A stretch of DNA of 64,000 nt, taken from an archaeon. Its GTDB lineage: Archaea > Iainarchaeota > Iainarchaeia > Iainarchaeales > CSSED10-239. Shown here in pieces: positions 7,374-16,576 of the stretch (the first letter of the stretch is position 1; every line of letters starts with the position of its first letter). The notes beneath the pieces are model-generated. The model worked only from the letters and a program-made list of their open reading frames with translations, had not been told where the DNA came from and searched no databases. The position numbers were made by a program, and so were the translations under genes. The stretch is taken from NCBI GenBank assembly GCA_035390665.1, contig DAOOUC010000001.1:10651-74650 (forward strand), read 5' to 3'.

Positions 7374-9686
7374 ATGAAGATTGGTAACTATACTGTTGGA
7401 GATTATGTTGTTGATAATGAGGGGGGAAAGAAAAAGCTTGTCTTTGATTGTAGACATTGTGTTTACAATACTTCTATATCTGATGATCCGAGATGTAGAT
7501 ACCACGTCATGAAGATATTAGAAACCGTTGATGCTGATGAAGTTATTTTAGCTGAAGTTTATGAAAGAGTTTATACTCAAAAACAAATTTCATACTTAAG
7601 AGAAATGGTTGATCTTTTGCTTGATTTTGAAAATAGAGCTGTTTGGATTTCATCTCATCTTGGTGTGGATGATATTGATTGTGAAGAGTGCTATCCACAA
7701 AGACATAATAATATTATTAGATTTACAAGAGATCTTTTAGCATATGATCCTATTGCCTCATATATTTCACTTTTAAGAGAAATAGAAAACACAAGAAACA
7801 GAGGAGAAGAACAATCTGATAAACCTTGTTCTAAATGTTTTAAAGCCAATCTAAAACACCTTCTTTCTTTAAGAGAACAATATGATTCTACTGATTTTAT
7901 TAAAGCATTAAAACCAATTCTTACTAAAGTAAAAGACTTTAATGACTTAACTGACATTTATAAAACACTATTTGAAGCACAAATTAAACCTGCTTTTATT
8001 GGCTCACAATTACTTAGAAGTGATGCAGAAAAATTCGAGCTTGTTGACGAATATCCTGTTTTAACATCTAATGTTCAGATTTTTAAACACCCTGAAAAGG
8101 TTGAATTTATTTACAATATCAATCCTCCAGAGTACACTTTGTCTCCGGATCATTATTTTGTTTTATCTAAAACAAAAGAAACTGTTGCTAACTATCAGCC
8201 AGGTAAAGTAACTTTAACTTCTGGAAGTGGAACACGAAAATATTTCCAAAGAATATATCAGAGCACAATTTCTGATGTTGCAAGAAGATATGGAATTAGT
8301 CTTTCACCAGATGACGTTATTTCACTTTCAGAAATTGTTACAAGATATACTATTGGTTACGGGATATTAGAGATGGTTTTATCAGATAGAAGAGTAACAG
8401 ATGTTTATATTGATTCTCCAATTGGTGGTAGACCAATCTATCTTGTGCATTCACAATATGGCCAATGTCAAACAAATATTCTTTATACAGACAAAGAAGC
8501 AGAAAGCCTTATTGGAAAGATGAGAGCAATGTCTGGCAGACCATTTGATGATGCTCATCCAATCTTAGACTTTGATATACCCGATCTTAACACAAGAGTT
8601 GCTGCTATTGGAAGGCCTCTAGCCACTGATGGTAATGCTTTTGCTTTTAGATTACATAAAGATACTCCTTGGACTTTGCCTCAACTTATTAATTTTAAAT
8701 CACTTAGCCCACTAGCTGCAGGATTATTATCTTTTTTTATTGATAATAACTCTACTCTTTTAGTTGCAGGTTCTCGTGGTTCTGGTAAGACTTCTTTAAT
8801 GACAGCTTTAATGCTTGAAATCTTACAGAATAAAAGAATTATTGTTCAGGAAGATACCCTCGAGTTACCAATTATGTATCTTAAAGATATTGGATTTAAT
8901 GCTCAAAGACTTAAAACTAAATCAGCTGTTGGTGCTGGAGAAGAATCTGTTGAAGTTGAACCTGCTGATGCCTTAAGAACTGCTCTAAGACTTGGCGATT
9001 CTGCAATCATTGTTGGTGAAGTTAGAAGTGTTGAAGCAAAAGTTCTTTATGAAGCAATGAGAGTTGGTGCTGCGGGAAACGTTGTTATGGGGACAATACA
9101 CGCAGATTCTGCTTATGCTGTTTGGGATAGAGTTGTTAACGACCTAGAGGTTCCAACAACCTCTTTTAAAGCAACTGATTTGGTTGTTGTTGCAAGACCA
9201 ATAAGATTTAAAGGCTCTTTAAAAAGTTATAGAAGAGTTGTTCAGATTACTGAAGTTAAAAAACATTGGAATCAAGACCCAGATGCAGAAGGCGGACTTC
9301 TTGATATTATGACTTATGATGCAAGTAAAGACTCATTAATACTTAATGAAGATGCACTTAAGGATTCTGATCTTTTTACAAAGATTTCTACTCTTTCAGG
9401 TTTAACTATTGAAGAAATCTGGGATAATATTAAGATGCTTGCAGGAGAAAAAGAATATCAAGTAGAACTTGCAAGAGAACTTAAATGTATTGAGCTACTT
9501 GAAGCAGAAAACACTGTTGCTGCACACAACAAGCTATTGATACTTAAAGAAGAATGGATAGAAGACCATGGAAAAGTCAATTATTCAGAGCTACTTACAG
9601 AATGGAAGAGATGGTATAAAGAAGACTTCTGCCCAAAGATTGTAAAAAGAATAAACGAGAATAAAGAAAAGGAAAAAGAAGAATAA
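7374..9686 (+). CDS. FlaI/ArlI-GspE-VirB11 superfamily secretion or pilus-assembly ATPase with a long N-terminal extension
   Basis: Walker A GSRGSGKTS, Walker B-like IIVGEVR, His box GTIHA. N-terminal cysteine cluster CRHC...CRYH. 770 aa. Confidence 0.85.
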   Translation: MKIGNYTVGDYVVDNEGGKKKLVFDCRHCVYNTSISDDPRCRYHVMKILETVDADEVILAEVYERVYTQKQISYLREMVDLLLDFENRAVWISSHLGVDDIDCEECYPQRHNNIIRFTRDLLAYDPIASYISLLREIENTRNRGEEQSDKPCSKCFKANLKHLLSLREQYDSTDFIKALKPILTKVKDFNDLTDIYKTLFEAQIKPAFIGSQLLRSDAEKFELVDEYPVLTSNVQIFKHPEKVEFIYNINPPEYTLSPDHYFVLSKTKETVANYQPGKVTLTSGSGTRKYFQRIYQSTISDVARRYGISLSPDDVISLSEIVTRYTIGYGILEMVLSDRRVTDVYIDSPIGGRPIYLVHSQYGQCQTNILYTDKEAESLIGKMRAMSGRPFDDAHPILDFDIPDLNTRVAAIGRPLATDGNAFAFRLHKDTPWTLPQLINFKSLSPLAAGLLSFFIDNNSTLLVAGSRGSGKTSLMTALMLEILQNKRIIVQEDTLELPIMYLKDIGFNAQRLKTKSAVGAGEESVEVEPADALRTALRLGDSAIIVGEVRSVEAKVLYEAMRVGAAGNVVMGTIHADSAYAVWDRVVNDLEVPTTSFKATDLVVVARPIRFKGSLKSYRRVVQITEVKKHWNQDPDAEGGLLDIMTYDASKDSLILNEDALKDSDLFTKISTLSGLTIEEIWDNIKMLAGEKEYQVELARELKCIELLEAENTVAAHNKLLILKEEWIEDHGKVNYSELLTEWKRWYKEDFCPKIVKRINENKEKEKEE

Positions 9687-9690
9687 CTAA

Positions 9691-10584
9691 CTAAGCAGAA
9701 TACTTTATTATTTTCTTTTTAGGACTAAGTAATTTCTTTTGCTTCTCTTCTAATTTTTTCTTTTCAGAAAAGTAGTTGTCTTTTGTAACTACTTTTTGAT
9801 AGGTTTTTGATTCTAGTTCTTTTCTTGCATTCTTTGCTATTCCTCCACCAATTATTCCTGACTCTTTGTTTTCTGTAAAACCTGTTGATTTTGTGGATTC
9901 TGCAACTTTTCTTGTTGATAATTCTGCTAGGGCTGTAAAAATAATTTCTGCATCAGTCATGTGATCTCTTAAATTGTCTTTATCTATGCCTTTTAGTTTT
10001 TTATGTTCTTTAACTGTTAAATCTGACCACTCTTGATGTATTATGTTTGTTAATATAGCATATTCCTCTGGAGTTTTAATCTCGTGGTTCTTCCAATAAT
10101 TTGTTAATTTGTTTCTTATTTCTTGACCAAGCATTCTTTGTTGTATCCATTGCTCGTCATAACCTTTTTGTAGCCAGATATTTCTGGCTCTGTTTATGGC
10201 TAATTCTGGATCGATTATTTCTTTTATTCTTTGATTACCAACTCTAGCAAGCCAAAGTTTGAATGGTTCTGCTTTCTTTGAAGGAATTGATTGTATTATT
10301 CTAAATATTCCTTCCAAGTTTGCACAATCTGTTTCATAAAATTTGCCATCAGAAGATTGTAATTTCAGTTGTACGATTTTACCGTACAACTGATTATTAG
10401 TTGTAACCACTTCGCTTCCTTCTTCTTTCAGTTTTATTTTAAGATCTGACCAATATCTCTTTGGCTCAGAACTTTCAGTTAATGCCCTTACCACATCTAC
10501 TACAGAGTACCACCAATCTTCTTGATGCCACATCCGTCTTATATTTTTATCTTCAAAAACCTCAATTTGATTTATATCACTCAT
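9691..10584 (-). CDS. Bro-N (BRO/KilA-N superfamily) DNA-binding domain protein
   Basis: N-terminus FEDKNIRRMWHQEDWWYSVVDVVRALTES fits the Bro-N pattern. ATG at 10584 with upstream GGTGAT is preferred over the TTG at 10596 used by the ORF track. Confidence 0.65.
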   Translation of the reverse strand: MSDINQIEVFEDKNIRRMWHQEDWWYSVVDVVRALTESSEPKRYWSDLKIKLKEEGSEVVTTNNQLYGKIVQLKLQSSDGKFYETDCANLEGIFRIIQSIPSKKAEPFKLWLARVGNQRIKEIIDPELAINRARNIWLQKGYDEQWIQQRMLGQEIRNKLTNYWKNHEIKTPEEYAILTNIIHQEWSDLTVKEHKKLKGIDKDNLRDHMTDAEIIFTALAELSTRKVAESTKSTGFTENKESGIIGGGIAKNARKELESKTYQKVVTKDNYFSEKKKLEEKQKKLLSPKKKIIKYSA

Positions 10585-10617
10585 CTTGATCACCAATAAT
10601 ATAGTAGCGATTATAAG

Positions 10618-10800
10618 AAGGGGGTATTTTCGGGAGGGTAGCTGTCCAGTGCAACCGGTTGCGGTCTCATAAAAAATCCTAATTTTTTAGGATCCTAAAA
10701 AGTCTTTGACTTTTTTTGAGGTTGGCGCCCAGCCTGGTTGTGTGTTGTTCTACTAACCCCTTTAGAAAAGTTGTTGCGATCCCAAAAACTACGATTTAAA
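10618..10800. repeat. Copy B (long) of the conserved element, with an internal hairpin plus T-run
   Basis: Block 1 at 10623-10654 (GGTATTTTCGGGAGGGTAGCTGTCCAGTGCAA). Block 2 at 10734-10773 (CTGGTTGTGTGTTGTTCTACTAACCCCTTTAGAAAAGTTG) matches 16654-16692. 7-bp hairpin at 10676-10693; T7 run at 10711-10717. Confidence 0.8.
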
Positions 10801-10883
10801 GAAATGTTTGTTGTTTTCTTGAGAATTAGACATATGAAAATTTCAAATTAACAAAATTAAAAAAATAGAAAAAAGGAAGAACT

Positions 10884-11114
10884 TTATTTCTTCTTTTTTT
10901 TACTTGATTTTTTTATTTTAGTTTTGGCTTGCTTTTTCTTTTTAGAGAAAACAAAGATATATAGCAATGGCAATATACCTGCAGTATTAAAAATAAAAAT
11001 AAACACAAACCAAATAAGGTGATTATTTTTACCTGCCTTCCATAAAGCTATACCTTTCCAAACCATTTCCCATATTGCTAAAAGAACAAATGCAATTAGA
11101 ACGAATGTATCCAT
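10884..11114 (-). CDS. Small two-TM membrane protein with a lysine-rich tail
   Basis: 76 aa. Two hydrophobic helices and a WKGIALWKAGKNNH loop. No function assignable. Confidence 0.4.
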   Translation of the reverse strand: MDTFVLIAFVLLAIWEMVWKGIALWKAGKNNHLIWFVFIFIFNTAGILPLLYIFVFSKKKKQAKTKIKKSSKKKKK

Positions 11115-11312
11115 AGTAGTTATCCCTCCTTAAAACAATTTAATTAAAAACTTTTAAAAATGGAACTGTAAGCAATATTTTCAGTATATATTTAAAATAT
11201 TTAAAATAAAGATAATAATCTATAATCTGTTTGGTAGAAACAAAAAGAAAGTCAATAAAAGATGAAAACTCTTGACTACGACACCCTGTATCATCTGCAG
11301 AAAAATCTTAAA

Positions 11313-12509
11313 CTAATATAAAAATCCAAATAGAAACAATGGGATTTTATTACCATCACAAGCTAAACTATCTACTACTAAATAGTCTGCTTTTTGCTTG
11401 TTTTTTTTATTTTCTCCACCAACTTCAAAGACTTTATTATTTATCATAAAATCCGCAGATTTCTCTTTACCTGTCTTAATATAACACTCAGCATTACTTA
11501 AATATACAAAAAAATCTTCTCTAAGTGAGCCAAGATTTGGATTTTTATTTAAGGTGTGATTAAAAAAATATCTAAATGGCAAATTAAGAAATATTTTAGG
11601 ATCTGTTCTTATTAGTGGATATCCTGAATTACAAGATCTTAGTTGTTTTAAAATATTTATTTTTTCTAAATCTGCAATTATAGCTACAATTGTATTTCTA
11701 CTCACTCCATTTATAGATTTGGATAAATTTGAATAACTCATTTCAAATGGAGCAGATGTAGATAATAGATATAAAATGTTATATATGTCTGTTTCAACTT
11801 TCGGATTTATAGATCTTAAGTTACTGATGTCTGAATATATTATTTTTTTAAAAATATTATCTATTGATTTATAAAATTCAGAGATATCTTTACTTTTATT
11901 ATATAGAAAACCACCGAATTTGCAATAATCAGTATAATAATCATAATATATTGAATAATTATTTACTAATGTTTTTCTTTTTTTATTATCTAGTAAGTCT
12001 TCTTGCTTTATTGGTTCTATATTTTTATCATACATTATGTTAATGTATTCTCTTAGGGATGCTTGTTTTAATTCATATAATAAAACCCTTCTTGATAAGT
12101 CTGCGCCCTTTAATATATTTAGAGAAGAAGAACTTGTAAAATAAATTTTTACTTTTTCTTCATCATAAATATTTTTTAAATGTTGTTGCCAATTTTCTTT
12201 GTAAGCTATTTCATCTATAAATATGTTTTTATATTCTTTTTTTATTAAAAATTTTAAAATATCATAAAGGCTATATTTAGATAAATATATAGAATCTGCT
12301 GAGAAATAAATTGCATCTTTTTTTTTGTCAAATAATTGTAATAGTAATATTGTTTTACCAATTCCTCGTAAACCAGTTATTCCTATAAAATAATCAGAAT
12401 TATAATTTACTAGATCATTATAAAGATATCTAGTTTTTGGATATCCCTTAACTACTTCTTTTTTATTTTGACTTTCTTGAAACATTTTAGAAAAGATAAC
12501 TTCATTCAT
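11313..12509 (-). CDS. AAA+ ATPase of the COG1373 type (AAA domain plus DUF4143-like C-terminus)
   Basis: Walker A GLRGIGKT, Walker B NIFIDEI. Overall architecture is like the paralogue at 16775..18061. Confidence 0.7.
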   Translation of the reverse strand: MNEVIFSKMFQESQNKKEVVKGYPKTRYLYNDLVNYNSDYFIGITGLRGIGKTILLLQLFDKKKDAIYFSADSIYLSKYSLYDILKFLIKKEYKNIFIDEIAYKENWQQHLKNIYDEEKVKIYFTSSSSLNILKGADLSRRVLLYELKQASLREYINIMYDKNIEPIKQEDLLDNKKRKTLVNNYSIYYDYYTDYCKFGGFLYNKSKDISEFYKSIDNIFKKIIYSDISNLRSINPKVETDIYNILYLLSTSAPFEMSYSNLSKSINGVSRNTIVAIIADLEKINILKQLRSCNSGYPLIRTDPKIFLNLPFRYFFNHTLNKNPNLGSLREDFFVYLSNAECYIKTGKEKSADFMINNKVFEVGGENKKNKQKADYLVVDSLACDGNKIPLFLFGFLY

Positions 12510-12550
12510 TATTATTCACAAATATATATGAGTGAAAAGGTTTTTAAATA

Positions 12551-12675
12551 TGTCAGAGGATTGACAGAAAATGAGTTTTTTTAGTCAATCTCTTGACAAT
12601 ATAGATTAGCCTGTGCTTTTTAAAAGTGTCATTGAAAATGACGCTTTTTTCATTTTTTTGTCATTTAAAGTGACA
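12551..12675. promoter_or_regulatory. Four TGTCA-N6/7-TGACA palindromes upstream of the COG1373 ATPase gene
   Basis: tgtcagaggattgaca (12551-12566), agtcaatctcttgaca (12583-12598), tgtcattgaaaatgac (12627-12642), tgtcatttaaagtgaca (12659-12675). Confidence 0.55.
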
Positions 12676-12824
12676 GATTTAAGTTATTTAAAATTATAAT
12701 AATTTAGTCTTATAGTAAGAATAAAAATAAACTACAGACATAAAAAGAATTAAAATTTAAACTAAAAGAAAAAAGAAAGAAAGTTAATAGAATTTCTTCT
12801 ATTAACTTATATTGTGTTTTCTAC

Positions 12825-15188
12825 TTATTGTATTGCTGTGATGAAAGCTCTTGTAGCTGCACCTGTATCATCTGCAGTGAAACCAGCAACAACTATGTTA
12901 CCTGTTGTAGTATCTTTACCCATTACCCATTGACCTGCTTGTGTTAAGTAATCGTTTGTTACACCAACAGCTAACTTGTTAGCTAAGTGACCACCGACTA
13001 TGATCTTTGTACCAGCAACTGAAGCTAAATCAGACTTTACTAAGTTGATTGGATCAACATTTGCAGGAACTGTTGTTGTGTATGAACCTGTAGTTGCATC
13101 TGTTCCTTCTGTTCCTTCTGTTGTTGTTGTTCCGTTACCTACGAAAACTTTTCCATATAATTTATCTTCAGGAACTGTTGCTGTAAATGTTCCACCGTCT
13201 ACTTCTAACTTAGTACCCCATGTTGTATAACCGAATCTCAAATCGTCTGTTTCTTCTTGATTTAATGTGAATCCTGTTGCTACAACTTGATCTAATCCTG
13301 CTTCGTAAGAGGAGTCGTCTGTATCAACTAATTCTCCAGTATATGCATCAATATATGCTACTGCAGTTTGTGAAGAATCATCTATTGTTAATGAAAACAT
13401 AGATTCCATATCTGTGTCTGTTACTGTTGTTGCGCCAACATTTGTTGCACCAACATATGTATCTGCATTTGCATCATCTGTGCCTATATCGTAGTAGATT
13501 TTACTTACTGTCCATGATTGACTAGATTCTAATGTATCTGTTGCGCCGTCTTTTAAAGCAACAGCTAATTCTGTTATTGTGTCTGTATCTTCGTTTAAGA
13601 ATACACCGTATGCTATCTTTTTAGTCTCGTTGTTATATAATGGGATTGTTATATCTACGAATCCAACGAAATCATCTGCTTCTCCATCTGATGCATTTCC
13701 ATCGAAATAGAATTTTTCTGTAGCTGCAGGGGTTGCTGTAGATTTCCATGACCAACTGCTAGCTGTAGATAAGAATTTACCGTCGTCATTTTCTAATTGA
13801 ACGGTGAAATATCCTGATTCCTTTGTACCGGTTTGTGTTAAATCATCGTCTGTATAGAATTCGAAGTATAAATTTTTTCCATCGATTTCTTTTGTTGTTG
13901 TATAATTGTCTCCATCTGCATAAGTGCTGTCGTCGTGTTCATAGATAAATATATCGTGATCATCGTCGCTTGCATCAGTATATGAAAGATATCCGTTTTC
14001 AACAATTACTTGTTTACTTGATTCATCACTTAATCCTAAGAAATTTATTTTTGCAAAGTTGTTTGGTAATGAAATTTCATCTCCAACTTTAAGTGCATCA
14101 TCATCTTTATAACGTATATCTTGATCATCATTATAGAAACTGATTGTAGTTACTGTGTCTCCAGAAGAATATGACCCCTCTGCATTAAATTGAACTTTCC
14201 ATAATTCGTCTCCTATTTCTGGGAAGTCTTCAACAATTTGTCCATCAGTTAAATCAATTCTTGCACTTGTTCCTGAAACAACAGTTACTCTTGAATTATA
14301 TACTGTGTCTATTTCTGTATCTATGTCTAAGTAATCATCAAAGATAGTATCTCCATCGCCATAGACTTCTGTTGCTAATGTAGTTCCATCTTTACTTATT
14401 GACATTTCAACTTCGTATTGTGTTCCTGATGATGAACTCTCTAATATTTCTTCTATTGTTACAGTATAGTCTTCAACTTCAAAAGATGCACCTACAGTAT
14501 ATGGTATTGTTGCTTTATTTTGTACTAAGGTCATTGTATTTGTGGTATAATCTTCTAATGTATATTGTTTACCGAATATATTGAATTTTAAGTCGGGACT
14601 TCCGTTATCTGTAGCATTTACATCTATTCCTGGAGTAAACTCTATTCTATACTCTATACCTTCTTTATCAATTGCTGCGGTTAAATCTGCTATGTCTTTA
14701 TCGTCATCAAATGAAACAGTGGATGTAATATCTAATTTTTCTTTGACATTTATTGTATCGTCACCAAATTCTTCATCATCTACTCTTACATCATAATCTC
14801 CAAGTAGCGTGTAGTCGCCATCATCTAATTCTAATGTTCTTGAATTGCCTAAATCAAACAAATCGTCACTTAATTTACCGTCTCCGGAAACTGTTGTTGT
14901 TCCTGTTGTTCCTTCTGTGCCTGGAATCTCGTATGTGTGTGTCTCGGTTGTGTATGCTTTAGATGCAATTGCTGCTGCAATGTTACCTGCCCAGATTGAA
15001 TCTGCTGCTTGTGATTCGTTTCCAACTATTATTGTTGCTGTTGGCATTCCGTTTGTGCCGATTACGTCGCCCTTTACTACTGGACTACCGAAATCAACTT
15101 GTGCTGCTACTGCTGCACCTAAGAAACTTGCACCTACTGCAAGTGCTGCTGCGCCAGCAATAACTTTTTTTGTATTTATATTCTTCAT
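12825..15188 (-). CDS. Secreted S-layer-like surface protein
   Basis: Signal peptide KKVIAGAAALAVGASFLGAAVAA. Acidic, Thr/Asp-rich, 787 aa. GGAGG SD about 8 nt upstream. The C-terminal IIVGGHLANKLA segment is reminiscent of methanococcal S-layer proteins. Long upstream leader. Confidence 0.55.
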   Translation of the reverse strand: MKNINTKKVIAGAAALAVGASFLGAAVAAQVDFGSPVVKGDVIGTNGMPTATIIVGNESQAADSIWAGNIAAAIASKAYTTETHTYEIPGTEGTTGTTTVSGDGKLSDDLFDLGNSRTLELDDGDYTLLGDYDVRVDDEEFGDDTINVKEKLDITSTVSFDDDKDIADLTAAIDKEGIEYRIEFTPGIDVNATDNGSPDLKFNIFGKQYTLEDYTTNTMTLVQNKATIPYTVGASFEVEDYTVTIEEILESSSSGTQYEVEMSISKDGTTLATEVYGDGDTIFDDYLDIDTEIDTVYNSRVTVVSGTSARIDLTDGQIVEDFPEIGDELWKVQFNAEGSYSSGDTVTTISFYNDDQDIRYKDDDALKVGDEISLPNNFAKINFLGLSDESSKQVIVENGYLSYTDASDDDHDIFIYEHDDSTYADGDNYTTTKEIDGKNLYFEFYTDDDLTQTGTKESGYFTVQLENDDGKFLSTASSWSWKSTATPAATEKFYFDGNASDGEADDFVGFVDITIPLYNNETKKIAYGVFLNEDTDTITELAVALKDGATDTLESSQSWTVSKIYYDIGTDDANADTYVGATNVGATTVTDTDMESMFSLTIDDSSQTAVAYIDAYTGELVDTDDSSYEAGLDQVVATGFTLNQEETDDLRFGYTTWGTKLEVDGGTFTATVPEDKLYGKVFVGNGTTTTEGTEGTDATTGSYTTTVPANVDPINLVKSDLASVAGTKIIVGGHLANKLAVGVTNDYLTQAGQWVMGKDTTTGNIVVAGFTADDTGAATRAFITAIQ

Positions 15189-15608
15189 TTTATTTCCTCC
15201 ATTGTTGATTTTCTTTTTCTAGAAAAGAAAACCGTTTTGTTTTATGAAGATTGAATCTGCATTTATGTTTTGACCTAAAAAAATAAAACGGTACTAAACA
15301 GATTCACACTAATGTCTCGAAGTAATTACTTCAAGATATAAGACTTTATTGTGGAATAATGTTTATAAATGGTTTGTTTTTGGATTGTTAACAACTGGTG
15401 CTTATAAATGCATGCAGAGAAAGGGATTACAGGAAATATTGGTTGTTTGGTTATGTATAACTAACTACTAAAAAGCTAATTTTTAAAAAAAATTAAAAGT
15501 AAGAGACTAATATATATATAATATATTATAAAAGAGAAATAAGATTACAAAAATCCCTGTAAGACTTATATCTTTTTCTGCCCTTTCTTCTTTAGATATA
15601 TCTCTAAC

Positions 15609-16565
15609 TTAATCTAATCTGTCTAATATGGTTAATGAATCTTTATCTAGTTTTGAAAATGCAACCCATCTTTTGCCAAGATCTTTAATGGATGCACCTA
15701 AATGATATATTTCTTTTTTATCAAGAATTAAAAAACGATCATGGCTTTTAGTAAAGTGCTTTAGTTTAATATTTGAATATTGATTGTTATATTTCTCCAA
15801 ATCAAGTTTAAGTTTTTCTGTAATTTTATCTGTATATATTGTAATTTCTATATTTTTTAGATTTGAAAATAGCACAAGAACTGATTCATCTATGTAGTTA
15901 TCTATAAGAATTATTGATTTATTTGCATTTTTAAAAAGATTATTAATAAATAGGTAAGCGTCAAATATTTGACCATCATAAAAAACACCTTGTGTTTTTA
16001 ACACACTTTTATTTGAAATTGCATCAAATATCTTTTCTACTTTTTTATCAGTTTCTATTTGTTTGTTTTCTAAATTATCTACTCTTACAAACAAATCAGC
16101 ATTTTTGTGTATTAATTGCCTCATAGAAATAAAGGCACGCATTATGTAAATATTTATCAATATTGCCCTTTTACTTTTTAAAACTCCAGAAAGCATTGCT
16201 ATGCCTTGTTCAGTAAAAACGAATGGAAGTTTACGTTTCCCGCCCCATTCTAAACTTGAAGTCACAAATTGTGACTTCAAGATTTTTGAGTTTTGGTTTG
16301 AGATTGCAAATTGTGACATCAAACGATTATCATCAATACTAGCATTTTCAGTTAATTCCATCAGAATTTCAAATTCCTTAGAAGTTAATTGAAACATAAA
16401 ATCTTCAGGAAATCTATCACTGTTTCTCTTAACGGCCTGATTCAATACTTTAGTAGGGACACCATAAAGTTCTGCAAGATCGCTGTCAAGCATTACTTTT
16501 GTGTTTCTTACCGTGTGTATTTTACTAGTTAAGTTTTCTACAAGTACTAAATTATCTGAAGTCAT
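15609..16565 (-). CDS. ORF6N (KilA-N-like) DNA-binding domain protein
   Basis: IHTVRNTKVMLDSDLAELYGVPTKVLNQAVKRNSDRFPEDFMFQL is the ORF6N signature. Conserved C-terminal module HDRFLILD...YHLGASIKDLGKRW. Confidence 0.7.
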   Translation of the reverse strand: MTSDNLVLVENLTSKIHTVRNTKVMLDSDLAELYGVPTKVLNQAVKRNSDRFPEDFMFQLTSKEFEILMELTENASIDDNRLMSQFAISNQNSKILKSQFVTSSLEWGGKRKLPFVFTEQGIAMLSGVLKSKRAILINIYIMRAFISMRQLIHKNADLFVRVDNLENKQIETDKKVEKIFDAISNKSVLKTQGVFYDGQIFDAYLFINNLFKNANKSIILIDNYIDESVLVLFSNLKNIEITIYTDKITEKLKLDLEKYNNQYSNIKLKHFTKSHDRFLILDKKEIYHLGASIKDLGKRWVAFSKLDKDSLTILDRLD

Positions 16566-16576
16566 AAATATATATT

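Noticed and set aside
13000-15222. Several plus-strand ORFs (13000, 14399, 14581, 14753, 14845, 14963) overlapping the S-layer-like gene
   Set aside because: They are antisense shadows of a biased, Thr/Asp-rich gene with repetitive, Leu/Ser-rich translations, and no independent support. The same logic applies to 20981..21407, 24842..25165, 25573..25884, 26104..26427, 27146..29047, 29382..29936, 30434..30865 and 32211..32420.
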